Source: Takakia lepidozioides | Taxonomy: Eukaryota > Plantae > Bryophyta | Reading direction: 5' to 3' | Length of the DNA stretch: 64,000 bases | Assembly (NCBI GenBank): GCA_030704615.1 | Contig: CM060731.1 | Coordinates: 12,090,001 to 12,154,000 of the forward strand | Shown: positions 58,407-64,000 of the stretch, piece after piece | Layout: each line of letters starts with the position of its first letter | Position numbering within the stretch: the stretch's first letter is position 1 | Translations under genes and position numbers: made by a program | The notes under the pieces: generated by a model | What the model was told of the DNA's origin: nothing | Databases searched by the model: none | The model's input: only the letters and a program-made list of their open reading frames with translations

Positions 58407-61400
58407 TGTAAAAGATAGGAAATCCAACAAAGTTCGAAATTGCTTTCAGGGAAAAAAAACTACATCAATCCATCGCAGTGTTCGCACTCATTCCCCTTAC
58501 ATTCATCCATTCTACATTCATGAATCTTTCGCATTGTTCCCACTCATCCATGTTATATTCCTCCATGCTACATTCATCCATCCTACATTCATCCAATCGG
58601 TCGGCTGGATGTTAAAGATGTAGTCTGCAATGACTGGAAATGGTAAATCATTCCGCGGAAATAGGCACCTACCTTTTGTCTGCGGTTACAGGTCCCTGCC
58701 TTTGGAAATGACGTGGCGTCAACCACGGTGGTGAGGACTGCTGACGTGCCGTGACATCCATGAACCAACGTGGCGACAACTGCTGACGTGGCGTGAGCCT
58801 GACTGCACTCACGTGCTCACACGCTCACGTGGCCAGGGTTACGCGGAGGCATTCCCCTTCCAGATGGAACAATTTATGTTCCCTGACTCGTAGAGACTCT
58901 TCCAGACCCCATCGTTCATGAGTCCAGATTCGTAGTGTAGGTACCATGCATTCCACGAGTAATAGTGCCTCCGCTCCATACACCAGTTGGAATGGTGTAT
59001 GTTTCGTGGTCACTTTGTACATGTTTTGAATGCCTATAGTGTCGTGTTCATCTTGGTATCCCAATCTGTTCGGGTAATAGTGCCTCCGCTCCATACACCA
59101 GTTGGAATGGTGTATGTTTCGTGGTCACTTTGTATGAGGTTCTGAATGCCCATAGTGCCGTGTTTATCTTGGTATCCCAATCTGTTCAATTGGTGTTCAC
59201 TATCTTAGTTAAGATAGTGCACATGATCTTGTTGGTAGACTCTGTTTGGCCATTACCCTGAGGATAATAAACAGTACTCTTGTGATGTACAATCATGAAT
59301 TCTTCTGTCAGGCATTTTATGGCATCATTTATAAAATGTGATCCTTAATCACTGACAAACTCCAGTGGACAACCAAATCGTGTGATGATATTCTCGTATA
59401 AGAACTTGGCTATTGACTTGGCAGTGTTGTCTCTTAGTGCCTTGGCCTCTACCCATTTGGTAGTGTAATCAGTTGCTGTGAGGATGTATTGGTTCTGTGT
59501 ATACTTAGCTGGATTTAATGGGTCCTACGAAGTCTAGCCCCCAACGCTAAAATGGCTCTGTTGGTAGTATTGGGTGCATAGCACCTTTTCCAGTTCTTTC
59601 TACTGGTCCCATTCTATGGCAGACATCACACTGTTGGCAGTGTTCGTAAGTGTCTCCAAAAATTGTAGGCCACCAGTATCCTGCTAATAATATCTTCTTT
59701 GTTGTCAGGTCTGAATTGAAGTGTCCTCTTGATATTCCTTCATGTAATTCTTGCATCACCGTCTTGACCTGTTCTTTATCTACACATCTCCTCATGATGG
59801 AATCAATTCCTTGTTTGTAAAGAATTCCTCTGATCACCATGTATGGTTTGCTTTTCATTGAAAGCTTCTTCCTGTCACCTACGGTGTACTCTTTAGGAAA
59901 TTTTCCTGTTATCAGATAGTATTTGATTGGCCATTGCCAATCATCTTGATCTTGGTCTTGAAGTTCTTATGATTCTTCTTTGGTGACTGCATAAGTCCCA
60001 ATTCTAATGTTGGTCAATCCTTGAGAGATTGGCTCCTCATTTTTTTTGTCATCTTCTTCAGCTTCTGAGTTTTTCTCATACATTGTTTCTCCTTCATCTG
60101 TGGATTCTCCAGTTGGTTCTGTTTCATGGCAAACAAAATGTTTAGTACCTGGCCAATTTTCCTCAACCCTGGATACTCGGCTTTGGTGCAAGTGAATCTT
60201 TGGTTCCTGAAAAAACTTGTTTCTTGGAAAAGATCCCCTACTTGTAATCTTGTCATGTGTTCATCCACGTTCACATTACCAGATAGTAATTCAAAAAGCT
60301 GTTGCAAGTACTGCGGAGTAACTTGTATATCTACGCCCTTCACCTCGGTAACTCCCGTCTTTGGCTCAAAGTTCTTGATGAACTGGATCATCAAATCCCG
60401 ATGATGCAAAAACCACTGTTTGCGCAACAACCCCTCTAGTCGCAACTTCTTCAGCAGCTACACTGTCTGTGGTGTAACGATTGTTTGCCTTTGTAAGATC
60501 GTCGTAATCTTTACTCGTAGATCCTCAATTTCTCTAATTCGCTTCATCCAGGACAAACAAGGTCTTGTTTGGAATAACTGCAGGAAAGCTTGTAATGCGT
60601 ATAACATGAAAGTGTGATTAACACAGAATGGAACAGACAAATGGGTGTAAGCCTGCGGGGCTTGCAAATAGTGAGTGAGAGATAAAGTACTTTTGACCTG
60701 CCCTTCATTGCGCCACTGCGTAAGAAGTAGAGCTAATGTATGCCGAGCGGCTTTTACTCACCCATCCCTTCACTATCCGAGGTGGAAACTCCAAGATAGA
60801 AGAGTTGGATATCTCTAAGCACTCAGCCCGCTCAGAACAATCAGTCATGACCTGCAGCTAGTGAATCATGGTTGTGCTTCCTATTTGTATTCCTTCCTGC
60901 CTTCATGTTATCAATTTACCTTACCGTGTATACTGAAACATCAGATTGCTTCAATATCTACTAAGTTCCAGTTAATCATGCATTCATTCCACAGCTTCTC
61001 TCGTGTCACTCTACACAGTATGTTTGTATCGATTCAGTATTGGATTAAAATTAATCATGTATCATGCCCATGCCATGGTGTCTCTATTCTATCCTACTGT
61101 ATAATTCTACAGCTTGCATGAACTAAGCCTCATTCAAGTCATCTTCTCCTCTACACTGTTTTCCCGCTCTCCGTTACGTCTCCTCCTCTCTTGAACAAGT
61201 CCCCCTCCTCCAGAAGTGATCCCCTTCCCGTTGCCGCTCTCCTCATCTTCCCGCAAGCTGTTCTAACCACCTAACTAACTAACCGTCACCCCTGAAGTAA
61301 CATGTTCCCTCACAATCGTTCCCTGTCAATGATAACTGTTCCCCATGTACTGTGACAGACCGTGTCAAGCTGTGCCGAGCTGTGACTGGCTGTGTAAAGC

Positions 61401-61529
61401 TGTGTCGGGCTGTGACTGGCCGTGCGAAGCTGTGTCAGGCTGTGTAACCCCCTTAAAGCCTGCTCCTGCCACCCCTAAGACTCATGTTGGTCTCAGTCTG
61501 CGCAAAAATTAAGGGTACCCCATAGAACA
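58407..61529 (-). mobile_element. Ty3/gypsy (Athila/Tat-like) remnant: integrase plus an extra upstream ORF
   Basis: Integrase zinc finger (HEG..GHF..GYWWP..CQQCDVC), core (DYTTKWVEA, RFGCP, NGQTE) and TPFQLVYG at about 58830-59960. Boundaries are tentative (TG..CA with TCCAA on both sides). No paired LTRs seen. Confidence 0.75.
61360..61446. repeat. 10-bp minisatellite (GCTGTGnnnn) x ~9
   Basis: gccgtgtcaa-like unit followed by gctgtgccga gctgtgactg gctgtgtaaa gctgtgtcgg gctgtgactg gccgtgcgaa gctgtgtcag gctgtg. Confidence 0.85.
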
Positions 61530-61536
61530 TCCAAGT

Positions 61537-62202
61537 CTAGGGTAGGGTCTGTTTGGGCCCAAGTCTCAAGTACTGTCATCTAAGTTCAAGTGCAATCCCC
61601 CATGCATCCAGAGACCCTGCAGTTTGGGAGATCTACGGTAGCTTGTGCCATTGGCCCATATAGAATTGAAATCTAAGCCTAAGTGCAATCTCCTATGTAT
61701 CCAAATGCTTCTAGAGGCCCAAATGTGACTTCCAATGTCCAATGTCATCTAAGTCCAAGTGCAATCCTCTATGCATCCAGAGACCTTGCATGTTTCCACG
61801 TCATTGTTCCAACAAAGCCCACTTTGTTATTTTTGCAATCTCCCCTGTCGAGGCTTCATAAGGGCTTCATATATTGATATATCCACTTTGCTATTTTTTG
61901 CAAATTTTCAACTATCAAAAGTACTTGAAATTCCAAATCTCCCACATGAAGGGCCAATCATTGCTCCAAGAAAGACCACAATGATTTTGCTATTTTTCGC
62001 AAATTTCCAGAGACCCAAAGTACTTGAAATTCCACATCTCCCACACCGCAGGTCCAAAAGTCATGAGACCAAGCCGGTGCACCCCTCCTCATCGAGGGCT
62101 GTCCAAGGGCACCATTAAGCACCGGGGCTTGGGCCCCGCGGTTTGGGAGATCTCAATGACGCTACAAGCAAAACAAAACAAACGTCTCGCTTCATATATT
62201 GA
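61537..62202 (-). mobile_element. Non-autonomous Helitron, family C (composite)
   Basis: On the minus strand it starts A|TCAATATATGAAGCGAG at 62202, has a second 5' motif at 61877, and ends CTACCCTAG at 61537. Confidence 0.7.
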
Positions 62203-62289
62203 TATATATATCACAACTTTAGCATTATAGCCCTGAAGCGTAATGCATAGTGTGCATTCTCGTATCAATGTTTGAAGCAGGGTAATTTG

Positions 62290-63560
62290 TTAGTTAGTTA
62301 GTTAGTTTGTAGCGTTGAGGTCTCCCACGAGACCTGGCCTAATGCTTAGTACTGTTGGAAAGCCCTTGATGAGGAGGGGTGCACCGACTTGGTCTCATAA
62401 TTTTTGGACTTTGCGGTGTGGGAGATATGGAATTTCAAGTACTTTTGGTCGTTGGAAATTCAGGAAAAATAGCAAAGTGGGCTTTCCTGGAACAATGATT
62501 GGATACATTACTACTCAATAAATTCATGGAAAAAAAAAAGTTGTTTTTTCAATTCTTCACACATGGGCCTTGACGTAGGAGACGCACTTGGATACATAGG
62601 GATTGCACTTGGACTTAGATGACACTGGACACTTGGGCCAACGGCACAGGCTACCCTAGTCAATATATGAAGGAAGGCAGTTTGTTTTGTTTTGTTTTGT
62701 TGTGTAGCGTTGTTGAGATCTCCCAAACCGCGGGCCCCAGCCCTGGTGCTTGGTGCCGTTGGAAAGCCCTCGATGAGGAGGGGTGCACCGGCTTGGTCTC
62801 ATGATTTTTGGACATGAGGTGTGCACGACATGACGTGGGAAATATCGAATGTCAAGTGCTTTTGGTCGTCGAAAATTCGCGAAAAATAGCAAAGTGGGTT
62901 TTTTTGGAGCAATGATTGGCCCTTCATGATGTGGGAACATGGAATTTCAAGTGGTTTTGGTCATTGGAACTTCGTGTTAAATAGCAAAGTGAGCTTTCCT
63001 AGAACAATGATATGAGATGTCTCCTACCAAGATAAGTCTCCAACCGAGAGATGTCTATTCCCTCAAGACTTATAACTTTAATAGCTATTCAAATACTTGC
63101 ACTTGGGCTTAGATAGAGGCCATTATTTTGGTATCATTGGAAAGCCCTCGATGAGGAGGGGTGCACTGCCTTGGTCTCCTGATTTTTGGACCTGTTGTGT
63201 GGAAGATGTGGAATTTCAAGTACTTTTGGTCGCTGGAAATTCGTGAAAAATAGCAAAGTGGGTTATCCTACAATAATTTTGGTTGCTGAAAATTCAACTA
63301 AATTACAAAATCGAGTGTTGGAAGGACACCGGAGGTCGCACTTGGGCCTTTACATAGGAGACGCACTTGGATACATAGGAGATTGCACACTGGGCTTAGA
63401 TGGGCCTCGACATAGGAGATGCACATGGGAGGTGCCCTTGGATACATATGAGATTGCACACCGGGCTTAGATGGGCCTCGACATAGGAGATGCACATGGG
63501 AGGCGCCCTTGGATACATAGGAGATTGCATTTAGGCTTAGATGACATTAGACACTTGGGC
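62290..63560 (+). mobile_element. Tandem Helitron family C copies
   Basis: The first copy ends GGGCCAACGGCACAGGCTACCCTAG at 62659 and the next starts immediately with TCAATATATGAAG at 62660. Includes an ~80-bp tandem repeat at 63365-63530. Confidence 0.72.
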
Positions 63561-64000
63561 CTCTACGTTGTCTTGTAGGGCCCTTGCTTCGACCAACTTC
63601 GTAGCGTAGTCTGTAGCTGCTAGGCCTATTGCTTGTACGACGTGCAGCGGGTTTGATAGGGCCAACAAAGTCCAACCCCCATTTAAGGAAAAATTCTCCA
63701 GGCACCCGGGGAAATCATTTCCAAAAATTTCCAACTGACGTGCAAAAAATAATATGGTGCAATTTATTCAAAAAATAAAATAAAATAGAAAACATTTAAA
63801 AATAATAAAATGTACATTATATTGTGATCAAGGAATTTAAATTAATATAGGGTCTAAAATAATGATTCATTTAAATTTTTTTACTATAGGGTTGAGATAA
63901 TACATATTAGATATTTGTATGTAGCTTACTGATAAAATGGTGGCTAGGTCGGATTCAAAAAATGAATCATTTAATTAATTTGATCAGCAGGGCTTCTATC

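Overview
Eukaryotic nuclear DNA from a land plant. The protein style and repeat content suggest a non-seed plant (bryophyte, lycophyte or fern); this is inference. The left half is a ~30.5 kb NUP188-like nucleoporin gene on the minus strand, reconstructed by hand as 34 exons and ~2070 codons, probably with one GC-AG intron. Its introns hold two non-LTR retrotransposon families. Family A has APE endonuclease, RT and a CCHC finger, a probable SGNH-esterase ORF1 remnant, and ends a few nt after its stop codon with no poly(A). Family B has a 3' stem-loop and an (ATTTC)n tail, with about 20 mostly tiny copies. I found neither family outside this gene. The right half holds a GT37 fucosyltransferase pseudogene broken by an 89-nt structured retroposed insert, an internally deleted Ty1/copia element with LTRs, PBS and TSD, and a small conserved plant gene head-to-head with a PLS-DYW PPR editing-factor gene. 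It also holds the damaged 3' half of a PP2C gene, several hAT/MITE elements, a gypsy remnant and a cluster of non-autonomous Helitrons. All coordinates and alignments were read by eye; no database searches were run.
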